Source of the DNA: Parcubacteria group bacterium
GTDB lineage: Bacteria; Patescibacteriota; Minisyncoccia; Phycocordibacterales; 21-14-all-47-15
Reading direction: 5' to 3'
DNA length: 64,000 nucleotides
NCBI GenBank assembly: GCA_016181845.1
Contig: JACOYO010000005.1
Span: 2,845 to 66,844, forward strand
Positions 1 to 8,484 of this stretch are shown in pieces. The notes below the pieces were generated by a model that saw only the letters and a program-made list of their open reading frames with translations, was not told the DNA's origin and ran no database searches. Position 1 is the stretch's first letter. Every line of letters starts with the position of its first letter. The position numbers were made by a program, and so were the translations under genes.

Positions 1-780
1 TATCTGCGTGAAATCTGTTAGAGAGTGTGGCGTATCTACAAGGAGAATATTTTTATTTGAATCACTGAAATATGCCAAGGTTGGAGTATAAGCATTGTTC
101 TGTCCTATAACGAACCGCCCTTGCATTTCATAGTTGGAACCGGCAATGAATGAGAGAATACCCCAACGGGCATTCACCGCGTCGTTGGCGGATGCCGCGC
201 CGGAGAATGTCGCTGGTGTCACATCGTCTCCGGCGGTAATATATATTCCCGTGCCATAGCGAATGGCGTCAACGCCAAGATTTGCACTTTTCACTGTGCC
301 GGTAATATTTGCCGTAGCGCCGAAGTATTGCGGATTTGCTCCTGGAGAACCGGTCAGTGTTCTATACGGAGCTGAGCCGCTTGACGTTGTCACATATCGT
401 ATTGGATAACATTTACCGACACGTCCTACGGCTCCGTAGGTATCGCTTCCTTCAACGTGAAAAGTGTTATAGGCGGTGGTTGCTGTCCCCAATACAATAC
501 CCAAACCCCTAAGGGCGAGAGTGTTTGAAACGCCTGGTGTCGCAAGAAATACCCACACAAAAAAATGGGTATTCGTACCCGGCGTTATAGTAGAACCAAA
601 ATTGTATATCTGGCCCTTTTCTGAAGCAGTAACCTGTTTATCAACGCAGTTTGTCCCCTCCATGGCAAAGTCCGGACCAGCACCAAGACCAGAAGCGCCG
701 CCGCCAAGAGCGACCCAGCCGGTAACGTTTTCGGCTAATGTGATGTCTGTTAAGTCTTCTGTGTATGATGGTGCTGCCAT
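1..780 (-). CDS. Hypothetical G/T/A-rich protein, partial: the ATG is at 778-780 and the ORF runs off the window start (at least 260 codons, no stop)
   Basis: I translated the minus strand 780->1 by hand and found a continuous open frame (MAAPSYTEDLTDITLAENVTGW...RFVIGQNNAYTPTLAYFSD...). It is missing from the ORF track because its stop lies outside the window. The plus-strand ORF 476..805 is its antisense shadow. Confidence 0.5.
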   Translation of the reverse strand, partial: MAAPSYTEDLTDITLAENVTGWVALGGGASGLGAGPDFAMEGTNCVDKQVTASEKGQIYNFGSTITPGTNTHFFVWVFLATPGVSNTLALRGLGIVLGTATTAYNTFHVEGSDTYGAVGRVGKCYPIRYVTTSSGSAPYRTLTGSPGANPQYFGATANITGTVKSANLGVDAIRYGTGIYITAGDDVTPATFSGAASANDAVNARWGILSFIAGSNYEMQGRFVIGQNNAYTPTLAYFSDSNKNILLVDTPHSLTDFTQI

Positions 781-870
781 AATTTCATTTTACCAAAAAA
801 ATTAAACCAATGCCAAATAGCTGGGCGACAGATTAGTTGCGATGGTTTTTTGTCCACATGATATGAATAA

Positions 871-960
871 AATGTCGCAATTAAATGACTTAGATAAACG
901 ATATTTCGCATATCTCTACATAAAATGTCGCAAAGGGGCTTGAAAAGTGTCGCAATTAAT
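871..960. promoter_or_regulatory. Three direct copies of TGTCGCAA(TTAA) in the divergent intergenic region upstream of the Fic-like wHTH gene; candidate operator sites
   Basis: The motif aa(a/g)tgtcgcaa occurs at 871-882, 923-934 and 945-958 between divergent genes, directly upstream of a gene encoding an HTH protein. Confidence 0.25.
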
Positions 961-974
961 TATAGCATATATCT

Positions 975-2021
975 ATGGCTAAAAAACAGGCAAGACAAAC
1001 TAAAATGCTCACTTTTCTTGAAGGTAAGGGAGGAGTATCAATAACCAATATTTTGAACTTTTTGGGCGCCGGTGTAGGTAGAAAAACTGCGCAAAGAGAT
1101 TTGAACGAACTCGAAGAAAAACTTTTAGTTTCAAAAAAAGGCGCGGGAAGAACTACCACTTACTCATTATCGGAAGCCTCTAAAATTTTATGGGGGATTG
1201 ATGTTAACGCCTATTTTGAAACTCCGTACTTGGAAAGAGACATACAAGAAAGATTTAATTTTGAAATATTCAACACGCTCCGCGGTGATATTTTTACCGA
1301 AATAGAAAAAAAGAAGCTGGAAGATCTGCAAGGCGAGTTTATTAAAAATTTTTCAACATACGAAAGTCAAACGCTTATCAACAAAGAGTTTGAAAGAATA
1401 ATGATCGAATTTTCCTGGAAATCCTCGGCGATAGAGGGAAACACCTACACACTCTTGGCCACCGAAGCGTTAATCAAAAATAATGTCGCCGCAGAAGGCA
1501 AGACCAAAGAGGAAACCCAAATGATCCTTAATCATAAGGACGCTTTTAATGAGATCGTCCAAAATAAAGAAAGATTCAAAAAGCTGGACTTCCCTGATAT
1601 TGAGTATATCCATTCCGTGTTGACCAAAAAACTTGGCGTCACAAAAAATATCAGAAACGCGGCAGTCGGGATTACCGGTACTAAATACAAACCACTGGAC
1701 AACAGTCATCAGATCAAAGATGCCGCGCTAGACATGGTGGGTTTAATAAACAAGAAAGAATCTTTCTTTGAGAAGGCATTTTTGGCGCTGGTTCTTATTT
1801 CATACATTCAGATTTTTGAAGATGGCAACAAGAGAACCGCTCGTACTGTCTCCAATGCCATGTTATTGTCGCATAATTCTATTCCACTTTCATACCGGAT
1901 TGTTGATGTTGAAGAATATAAAAAAGCAATGATCTTGTTTTACGAAATAAATAATATCTCGTATTTCAAAAAGATTTTCATCACCCAATTTCAAGACGCG
2001 GTCACTAATTACTTCAAATAA
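975..2021 (+). CDS. Fic/Doc-family protein with an N-terminal winged HTH and a non-canonical active-site motif (QIFEDGNKRTAR instead of HPFx[DE]GNGRxxR)
   Basis: The N-terminus carries a wHTH (..GRKTAQRDLNELEEKLLVSKKGAGRTTTYSL). SSAIEGNTYTL and QIFEDGNKRTAR match the Fic core blocks, but the catalytic His is replaced by Gln and GNG by GNK. Confidence 0.55.
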   Translation: MAKKQARQTKMLTFLEGKGGVSITNILNFLGAGVGRKTAQRDLNELEEKLLVSKKGAGRTTTYSLSEASKILWGIDVNAYFETPYLERDIQERFNFEIFNTLRGDIFTEIEKKKLEDLQGEFIKNFSTYESQTLINKEFERIMIEFSWKSSAIEGNTYTLLATEALIKNNVAAEGKTKEETQMILNHKDAFNEIVQNKERFKKLDFPDIEYIHSVLTKKLGVTKNIRNAAVGITGTKYKPLDNSHQIKDAALDMVGLINKKESFFEKAFLALVLISYIQIFEDGNKRTARTVSNAMLLSHNSIPLSYRIVDVEEYKKAMILFYEINNISYFKKIFITQFQDAVTNYFK

Positions 2022-2073
2022 AGAAGTTCATTTTGACTTTTAACTTTTGATTTTTGCTTTATATATCAGTAGT

Positions 2074-2150
2074 TCTAATGGCGTTGATGGTCTGGTTACT
2101 GGATGTTTGAGTCCAAGAAGAAATAAACTGCTTAATAGGAGTTCCGCCCC
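2074..2150. repeat. 77-bp exact direct repeat, copy 1; identical to 3694-3770
   Basis: It is identical to the 3'-terminal coding sequence of the 3679..5892 gene. Read on the minus strand it encodes [29 protein letters not shown] as a fossil gene end downstream of the FG-GAP gene. Confidence 0.85.
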
Positions 2151-2168
2151 TACTTTTTTTACTTCTAC

Positions 2169-3659
2169 TTAGCGGCTATCATGTCCGGTATTAACAAAGG
2201 CAACACACTGGCCTTGGTTGCGGAAGCCGAAGTTCATCCAACCTAGATTCTTGCATTGGTCTGTGCCGGTTGGGTTTGGATCAGGATCGCCGTCGGGCGT
2301 AGGGTCACAAACATTGCCGATACCATCATTGTCATTGTCCTCTTGGCCCGGATTCGCTATACCTTGGCAATTATCTGCGAGATTATCTACGCCGTCATTA
2401 TCAGTGTCACCGTTGGGTGTAAAGTCACAAAGGTTGCCTTGACCATCACCGTCTGTATCGGCCTGGTCGGAGTTGACGTCCGCTGGACAGTTGTCTGCAC
2501 TGTCAATTATTCCATCGCCATCGGTGTCAGCAAGATATAAATACACAAACTCGGCGCTTTCAGATCCGACTAAGAAATTAATACCTGAAATGAAGACAGA
2601 ACCGCCACCTGCTAGATTGAGGAATGTCTGGAGTAGAGCGCCGTTGATGGCTTCATAGAGATAGACACTTCCGTCGTACGCATTTCCTATTACCAGCTTA
2701 TCCCCCGATATGGATACAGACCAGCCAAAATAGTCCAGATATACCGGCGTAGGGTTATTAAATGTCTGAAGTAAGGCACCCGTCGCGGCATCATAGAGAT
2801 AGGCAGAGCCGGCATTCTCAGCTCCGGTGTCGTCTCCACGTACGCCAATTAAAACATTGTCACCAGATACTGATACAGACCAGCCGAAAGAGTCACCAGA
2901 TTCTGGCGTAGGATGAATGAAGGTCTGGAGTAGAGTGCCGGTTGTAGCGTTATATAGATATGCAGAACCGGCGTTGTTGCCCCCGGTGTCGTTATAAGGC
3001 GCTCCAATCAATATATTGTCGCCAGATATAGCTACAGAGATACCAAAGTTTTTATAGGGTGTCGATGTAGGGTTATTGAAAGTGTAAAGTAATGATCCAG
3101 TCACTGCGTCAAAAAGGTAGGCGGAGCCAGCGTTGATGGCTCCAGTATCGTCCGCATATGCGCTAATCAACACTTTGTCGCCAGATATAGCTACAGAGTA
3201 GCCGAAGCCGTCATCGAATGCAGGTGCAGGGTTATTGAAGGTTTGGAGTAATGCGCCGGTCGTGGCGTTGTAAAGATAAGCAGAGCCGGCATTCTCAGCT
3301 CCGGTGTCGTCACTCCATGCCCCAATCAACACATTGTCACCTGATATAGCTACAGAGTAACCGAAAGAATCATCTATCGCTGGTGTGGGGTTGTTGAATG
3401 TCTGGATCAATGCGCCGGTCGTGGAGTCAAAGAGGTAGGCAGAGCCAGCATCGGTGGCGCCAGTATCGTCGTAAGGAGCACCGACAATAAACTTATTACC
3501 ATCAATGGCCACAGACCTGCCAAAGCGGTCACCTGCCGCTAGTGTAGGATTGTTTATTGTGACCGGCGCTCCATATGTCATCGCCGATGCTCCAATAGGC
3601 GCGATAACAAGAGCAAGCAATGAAAGCAGAGTGAGTGACTTGCGGATTGATGTATTCAT
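2169..3659 (-). CDS. Secreted FG-GAP-like beta-propeller repeat protein with C-terminal thrombospondin type-3-like (Asp-rich calcium-binding) repeats
   Basis: A signal peptide ([26 protein letters not shown]) starts at the ATG at 3657-3659. About 7 repeats of [32 protein letters not shown] follow, then C-terminal [33 protein letters not shown] motifs. Confidence 0.6.
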   Translation of the reverse strand: MNTSIRKSLTLLSLLALVIAPIGASAMTYGAPVTINNPTLAAGDRFGRSVAIDGNKFIVGAPYDDTGATDAGSAYLFDSTTGALIQTFNNPTPAIDDSFGYSVAISGDNVLIGAWSDDTGAENAGSAYLYNATTGALLQTFNNPAPAFDDGFGYSVAISGDKVLISAYADDTGAINAGSAYLFDAVTGSLLYTFNNPTSTPYKNFGISVAISGDNILIGAPYNDTGGNNAGSAYLYNATTGTLLQTFIHPTPESGDSFGWSVSVSGDNVLIGVRGDDTGAENAGSAYLYDAATGALLQTFNNPTPVYLDYFGWSVSISGDKLVIGNAYDGSVYLYEAINGALLQTFLNLAGGGSVFISGINFLVGSESAEFVYLYLADTDGDGIIDSADNCPADVNSDQADTDGDGQGNLCDFTPNGDTDNDGVDNLADNCQGIANPGQEDNDNDGIGNVCDPTPDGDPDPNPTGTDQCKNLGWMNFGFRNQGQCVAFVNTGHDSR

Positions 3660-3678
3660 AATTATTAATGTCTGAATA

Positions 3679-5892
3679 TTATATGTCGGTGGATCTAATG
3701 GCGTTGATGGTCTGGTTACTGGATGTTTGAGTCCAAGAAGAAATAAACTGCTTAATAGGAGTTCCGCCCCCATCTCTTACAATAACAACTAAGTTTCTTG
3801 AACCGGATTGCACCGAAGTAAATCTGTCTGTTCCATTCTGCCCACCAGGTCCACTAGTATCTGTACTACTATATAGAGCATCTACATAAGCAATCCAGAC
3901 ATTGTTGCCTGCATTTGCATTCACCGAAAGAAAATCTTCATTACCATCTGTAGTGTCAATAACAAATGTATCAGTTGCCCATGAGGTATAATGGAGTCTT
4001 CTCTCAAAGCCATTATTATCTGTTACTCTGATGTATCCAATTGAAGGAGTGTCGGAAGGAATAGTTGTTGAAACCGCTACTGAGGTAATATTATCTGTTG
4101 TTAAAGCACTGGCGGCTTTAATAGCAAGTTGTGTTTTGGTTATCGCAGGATCTCCGTTTGTATCTGTTGTACTTCCGTCCCAAGGGGCGACCAACACTCT
4201 GTCTTCTCCATTAGCCAATCCTGCAACAATGTTAGTGACATTGTTAGGAGGAGAAATAACCGTATTTGTAAGGTCTGTCACTTTGTCCGAAGAAGATAAA
4301 TCCGCAGTTTGTAGGGCCAATCCATACGAACCGATCAAAGCAGAACCGGTTGAAGCTCCAACAAATGGCTTAGAAATACTACGTTCAGTTACCGTCACAT
4401 TTACTAATGCTGTTGCGCCTGAATTAGCTCCTGTAATTGTGTCGTTATCTACCGGCGCATTTCCTGTAAGAAGCTGTATCCACATCTTTGTGGAGCTACC
4501 TGTTCTGTCATTGATTGCAAGCATCTGTCCTGTACCACCAGACCACGAGACTGCTTCAACGGCATCGAAGTCTGTTGCGGATTGAGTATCAACGTTAATT
4601 TCGTGGGTAATACCCCTAAACAACTCTCCATTTAGCCCATAGACTTGCTCGGTAGAGCCGTCTGCTGTTTGGTATTTACCATATTCATAAAACTGGTTGA
4701 TAGTCTTGGCTCCTCTATCCCAAACCGCATAGTAGTTTTCATTTGTAGTGTTGTTATCAACATCAATGCTCTTATATCCAATATTAAGGTCGTATACCGC
4801 CTCACCGCCAGCAGTTGCTACTTGCAAGTTTCTGTTAAGGGTTAAAGCGTTTGTTGCTATTGAAACAATCTTATACTCACTGTTCTCTCCAGCCCACATG
4901 ATAAAATCTCCATCTGCAAATAATGCGCCATTAGATACATTTAGAATAGCTTGGCCTGTACTATTTACGCCAACGACTGTTGCAGTAGAGTCCGTTCTAT
5001 CAATAAAAACATCTTGCCACCCACTCACCGTGGTTTCACTTGTTGCGTTGTTTAAGTCTGATGAATCAGATAAGGCGAGGACGTTGTTACCCCTTGCAGT
5101 TGCATTAATTGAGAACTCGCCGTAGGTATACCCAAATCTCCTATTGGTTCCGAGTAGTTTTCTAAGGTCAACATCTGTTCCGCTAGTACGAACTTTTTGC
5201 ATCCATCTGTGAGATATACCCGCTGAAACAGACCTATTAACTCCAAGACCTACTTTGTAAACATCGGAAACTGCAAAAGTATTAGCAGTTCCTCCAAACA
5301 AACCAGCGGAACAAGTAATTGTGCCTGTTGTATTAGATGTAATTATTCCATGACTTCCGTCTGTCACGTTATAGAGTGTGAACCCAATGAGGTCATCTGT
5401 AGTAAGACTTCTGTTTGATAAAGCCGTTGATAACGCTGAGTCTGTGACTACAGTAGCAGATGCGGCAGAGGTGACACTTCCCCCCAAGCTATAGTTCCAC
5501 CAGTCATCGCTTACAACAGAACCATTTTGGTGAAGCTGGATAAGAACTCCTTTGTTGCCGAAGTTTACAATACCATCCCAAATATCAGAACCCGAAGTTC
5601 CTTGAATAACAGAACCATCATAGAGATGTTCTGACGATGTTTGGTCAATCGTATACCCGTTAATAAGGGTGATGATGTTGTCGGTTGACCTGCGAGAAGG
5701 GTCAATGTTGGTTACGTCCAATTGGTCGGAACTTGACGGTACTGCCACTGCATCATCTGCCAATCCTTGCAACCATCTGTGAAATTCAATTACTGTCGCA
5801 TACGAAGGATTCACTCCGGTATGGACGTCGCCAGTATATGCGATTACTTTTGTCGCTCTCGTTATTGTCCAGTCTGTTGCTACTATTGCCAT
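3679..5892 (-). CDS. Large (737 aa) T/S/N/G-rich hypothetical protein, possibly an adhesin or phage-receptor-binding-like structural protein
   Basis: Long ORF with tail-fibre/adhesin-like composition and no recognisable enzymatic motif. Its last 29 codons are duplicated at 2074-2150. Confidence 0.5.
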   Translation of the reverse strand: MAIVATDWTITRATKVIAYTGDVHTGVNPSYATVIEFHRWLQGLADDAVAVPSSSDQLDVTNIDPSRRSTDNIITLINGYTIDQTSSEHLYDGSVIQGTSGSDIWDGIVNFGNKGVLIQLHQNGSVVSDDWWNYSLGGSVTSAASATVVTDSALSTALSNRSLTTDDLIGFTLYNVTDGSHGIITSNTTGTITCSAGLFGGTANTFAVSDVYKVGLGVNRSVSAGISHRWMQKVRTSGTDVDLRKLLGTNRRFGYTYGEFSINATARGNNVLALSDSSDLNNATSETTVSGWQDVFIDRTDSTATVVGVNSTGQAILNVSNGALFADGDFIMWAGENSEYKIVSIATNALTLNRNLQVATAGGEAVYDLNIGYKSIDVDNNTTNENYYAVWDRGAKTINQFYEYGKYQTADGSTEQVYGLNGELFRGITHEINVDTQSATDFDAVEAVSWSGGTGQMLAINDRTGSSTKMWIQLLTGNAPVDNDTITGANSGATALVNVTVTERSISKPFVGASTGSALIGSYGLALQTADLSSSDKVTDLTNTVISPPNNVTNIVAGLANGEDRVLVAPWDGSTTDTNGDPAITKTQLAIKAASALTTDNITSVAVSTTIPSDTPSIGYIRVTDNNGFERRLHYTSWATDTFVIDTTDGNEDFLSVNANAGNNVWIAYVDALYSSTDTSGPGGQNGTDRFTSVQSGSRNLVVIVRDGGGTPIKQFISSWTQTSSNQTINAIRSTDI
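3694..3770. repeat. 77-bp exact direct repeat, copy 2; the 3' end of the 3679..5892 CDS
   Basis: Identical to 2074-2150. Confidence 0.85.
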
Positions 5893-5924
5893 GTATTTAT
5901 AATAATATCAAATTAATTTCTTTT

Positions 5925-6227
5925 TTAATTATCCTTCCATATTTTGAAAGATTTTTTTTGAGGCTTGATAGCCGGTTTTTTCCATGCCTGCGCAGGCAGG
6001 TCTTTAGGTTTTTCTTTGGTTTCTTCTCCAACTTCACCATATTCAGTCTTACAAAATGGACATTTGGTGTCCTTCTCTGTGTGCATAAAATATAGCCCGC
6101 ATTGGCTACGTTTACATTTTACTACTTTGTTCACATTATCAGACATACAACAATTATAGCATGCGCATTTGTGGTCAATAGTCTTATGGTGTGGATAACT
6201 GTAACTAATGCAAAAATAAAATATCAA
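5925..6227 (-). CDS. Small Cys-rich zinc-ribbon protein; the start may instead be at the internal Met MSDNVNK, about 6146
   Basis: CxxC..CxxC pattern (KCKRSQCG...CPFCKTEY). It lies immediately upstream of, and in the same orientation as, the 737-aa gene. Confidence 0.4.
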   Translation of the reverse strand: MIFYFCISYSYPHHKTIDHKCACYNCCMSDNVNKVVKCKRSQCGLYFMHTEKDTKCPFCKTEYGEVGEETKEKPKDLPAQAWKKPAIKPQKKSFKIWKDN

Positions 6228-6291
6228 AAATCAAAATGTAAATATCAAAATATAAAATTTTTAATTTTGAGTTGTCATTTTGATTTAACTA

Positions 6292-7125
6292 TTATGAATA
6301 AGTGTGGCCAGCATAACCTGTCCAAGTATTATTAAAACCGGCATCACCGTCGGCCCATGTGATAACAACGCCGGAAGTACTGTCAACTTTTTTTATACGC
6401 CATAATGTGGCTCCCTCTGCTGTTCCGACTGTCGCTTCTCCCACATAATCTATGTCACCAACCGTTGCCACGCGGAGGGCATATTTAACACCGCCAAACG
6501 AAATTGTTTGGAGAGTTGTCTCTGTGGAAGCTGATGAGGGCAGCGCCGAACTCAAGACATCGACCTGCACGTGTCGGTCGACGTCTACCAGACCGCTTTT
6601 GGCCACATCTCCCGAATCACTGAAACTGCTGGATCCACCAGGCTGGGAAGTGACCTTGACTTGCAAAGATCCGGTATCAAACGTCAAATCTGAAGTTTTA
6701 AGGAGTGAAGAAACAGTTGCTTCGGTGGCGAGTGAAGAGACCGTTTCCTCTGTGGCGGGATTTATTCTCGTGTTGGCTGAATTCTTGACACCGACCACGC
6801 CAGTCGTCGGCGAACTGCCCATGATGAATGCCTCGGCTTTTTTGGGTGAAAGTTGGGAAGCGATGATACCGGCCCCAACAACACCAGCAACTTTCAAAAA
6901 GTTGCGTTTACTCTTGTCACTAACTTTGGACTGTTCCGAATCTGTTGATTGATGGATGGCGTCTACGACGTTTTCTGGCACAGGCGCAAAATTAGGCCGA
7001 ACAATTGGCCTTTGTCGTCTTAATAGAAAAGAATCTGTATTTGGTAAAAACACAGAAAAACTAGGCCTAACGATTGGCTTTTGTATTAACAGAAAAGAAT
7101 CTGTATTTGGTAAAAACGTAGACAT
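6292..7125 (-). CDS. Hypothetical exported protein with a possible Tat-like signal (SKRNFLKVAGVVGAGIIASQL..AEA); start codon uncertain
   Basis: ORF with an S/T-rich body. The N-terminal ~50 codons are encoded by a 2x ~66-bp tandem repeat, so the true start is probably downstream of the ORF-track start. Confidence 0.4.
   Translation of the reverse strand: MSTFLPNTDSFLLIQKPIVRPSFSVFLPNTDSFLLRRQRPIVRPNFAPVPENVVDAIHQSTDSEQSKVSDKSKRNFLKVAGVVGAGIIASQLSPKKAEAFIMGSSPTTGVVGVKNSANTRINPATEETVSSLATEATVSSLLKTSDLTFDTGSLQVKVTSQPGGSSSFSDSGDVAKSGLVDVDRHVQVDVLSSALPSSASTETTLQTISFGGVKYALRVATVGDIDYVGEATVGTAEGATLWRIKKVDSTSGVVITWADGDAGFNNTWTGYAGHTYS
6992..7123. repeat. Tandem direct repeat, two units of ~66 bp (6992-7060 and 7061-7123), ~85% identical
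   Basis: ttaggccgaacaattggcctttgtcgtcttaatagaaaagaatctgtatttggtaaaaac... is repeated head-to-tail; seen directly in the sequence. Confidence 0.6.
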
Positions 7126-7308
7126 AATCCGTCAATTTAAATTATATCAGATTTTACACATCGTGTTGTTGACAACTTATACTACGTTAGAAGTAGCTAC
7201 GCCGCGGTCCTCCGAACTCGCGACTTCTAACTGAGCATATTGTGGATTATTGATTTTATATATGTGATATAATTTAGGAACAGGTGTGGGGGTAGAGAAA
7301 AAATTTTC

Positions 7309-8484
7309 ATGAAGAATTACATATCCTATTTTTCATTTTTCTGTTTTGTATTTTTCGGTCTTTTTTCAATTTCTGTCGCGTTTGCCAATAGTTATCAAAA
7401 AATCGCTCCCGGCGACACAGTCACCTTGGGCGAATTCGTTTTTGATGACGATTTTGTCGCGACTACGACAAATTGCACTGTTGGAATAACCAATCCTCTT
7501 AATGCTGAGATAGTTGCATCAACCACATTGATGAACGCTAATACTGATGGCTGGCATTACTATAACTATACGACGGCGGCGGACGCCCCTTCCGGTATCT
7601 GGCCATCAATTATGATTTGCGGAACGGTAGCAAGGGGAGATTTGGTTATAGTAGACAAAAGTTTTATCGTTGATTGGTCAGTCGTTTCAACCAGCACAAT
7701 TAAAGAGGTGGTTGATGAAAGTTTGACCATAGCGACATCTTCCCTGGCGACAGTTATTAATACTCATACCGATACTAAGGCATCCGATATTGTGAGCGCT
7801 GTCAATCTCGTCACCGAGTCAGCTTCATCAAGTTTGTTTGCCACGCTTCCTTCCGCGATCTGGTCATTTAGCAGTCGGACACTCACTTCGTTTGGTACTC
7901 TAGTTGCCGACACGGCTTCGGCGGTGTGGACATCGGTGACATCGGTGACCCGCACCCTGACCGGCGCCGGTCTTGATTCTGGTTCTTTGGCTACCCTCTC
8001 TGATGTACAAACAGCAACGAGTTCTCTCGCTTCAGCAATCACGGCTGGAACGGTGGCGGTGAATACTAATACGAACGCAGAACTTCTTGCCGCCTCAACA
8101 TCCCTTGCCAATTTCATTAATAACAACAGCAACGCGACGATTCTTGCGGCTTCTACGTCACTGGCTTCATATCTAAGCGCTCACACGGATGCGGCGTCAT
8201 CATCAATCGCCTCATTTGTGAACGCTAATACCAACAGCACGGTATTGGCGGCATCAACATCGCTTGCGGCATTCATTAATGCAAATACGAATACACAAAC
8301 CGCCGCGGTAACGTCAGCAGTGAATGCAAACACCGATGCGCGGATCGCAACAGCATCAAGTTCGCTTGCGGCCACGCTTCCTTCCGCGATCTGGTCATTT
8401 AGCAGTCGGACACTCACTTCGTTTGGTACTCTAGTTGCCGACACGGCTTCGGCGGTGTGGACATCGGTGTGTGGACATCGGTGA
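7309..8484 (+). CDS. N-terminal part (signal peptide plus AASTSLAxFINANTN repeats) of a surface protein gene interrupted by a 14-bp tandem duplication; a frameshifted pseudogene or a phase-variable gene
   Basis: Signal peptide MKNYISYFSFFCFVFFGLFSISVAFA. The ORF ends AVWTSVCGHR* exactly where tgtggacatcggtg is duplicated (8456-8469 and 8470-8483). Removing one copy fuses it in frame to 8457..9968. Confidence 0.55.
   Translation: MKNYISYFSFFCFVFFGLFSISVAFANSYQKIAPGDTVTLGEFVFDDDFVATTTNCTVGITNPLNAEIVASTTLMNANTDGWHYYNYTTAADAPSGIWPSIMICGTVARGDLVIVDKSFIVDWSVVSTSTIKEVVDESLTIATSSLATVINTHTDTKASDIVSAVNLVTESASSSLFATLPSAIWSFSSRTLTSFGTLVADTASAVWTSVTSVTRTLTGAGLDSGSLATLSDVQTATSSLASAITAGTVAVNTNTNAELLAASTSLANFINNNSNATILAASTSLASYLSAHTDAASSSIASFVNANTNSTVLAASTSLAAFINANTNTQTAAVTSAVNANTDARIATASSSLAATLPSAIWSFSSRTLTSFGTLVADTASAVWTSVCGHR

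Noticed and set aside
476-805. Plus-strand ORF (109 aa, PAPRPEAPPPRATQ-rich)
   Set aside because: It lies antisense to a much longer continuous minus-strand reading frame (780->1, over 260 codons) that has protein-like composition and its own ATG. It is treated as a shadow ORF.
7921-8483. Similarity between the slippage motif tggacatcgg(tg) in the surface-protein gene and the REP1 core TTGGACATCGGATGTCCAA
   Set aside because: Only a 10-nt match and no palindrome partner in the gene. It could be coincidence, although it does recur at the duplication hotspot. It is mentioned here as a possible but unsupported RAYT nicking-site link.
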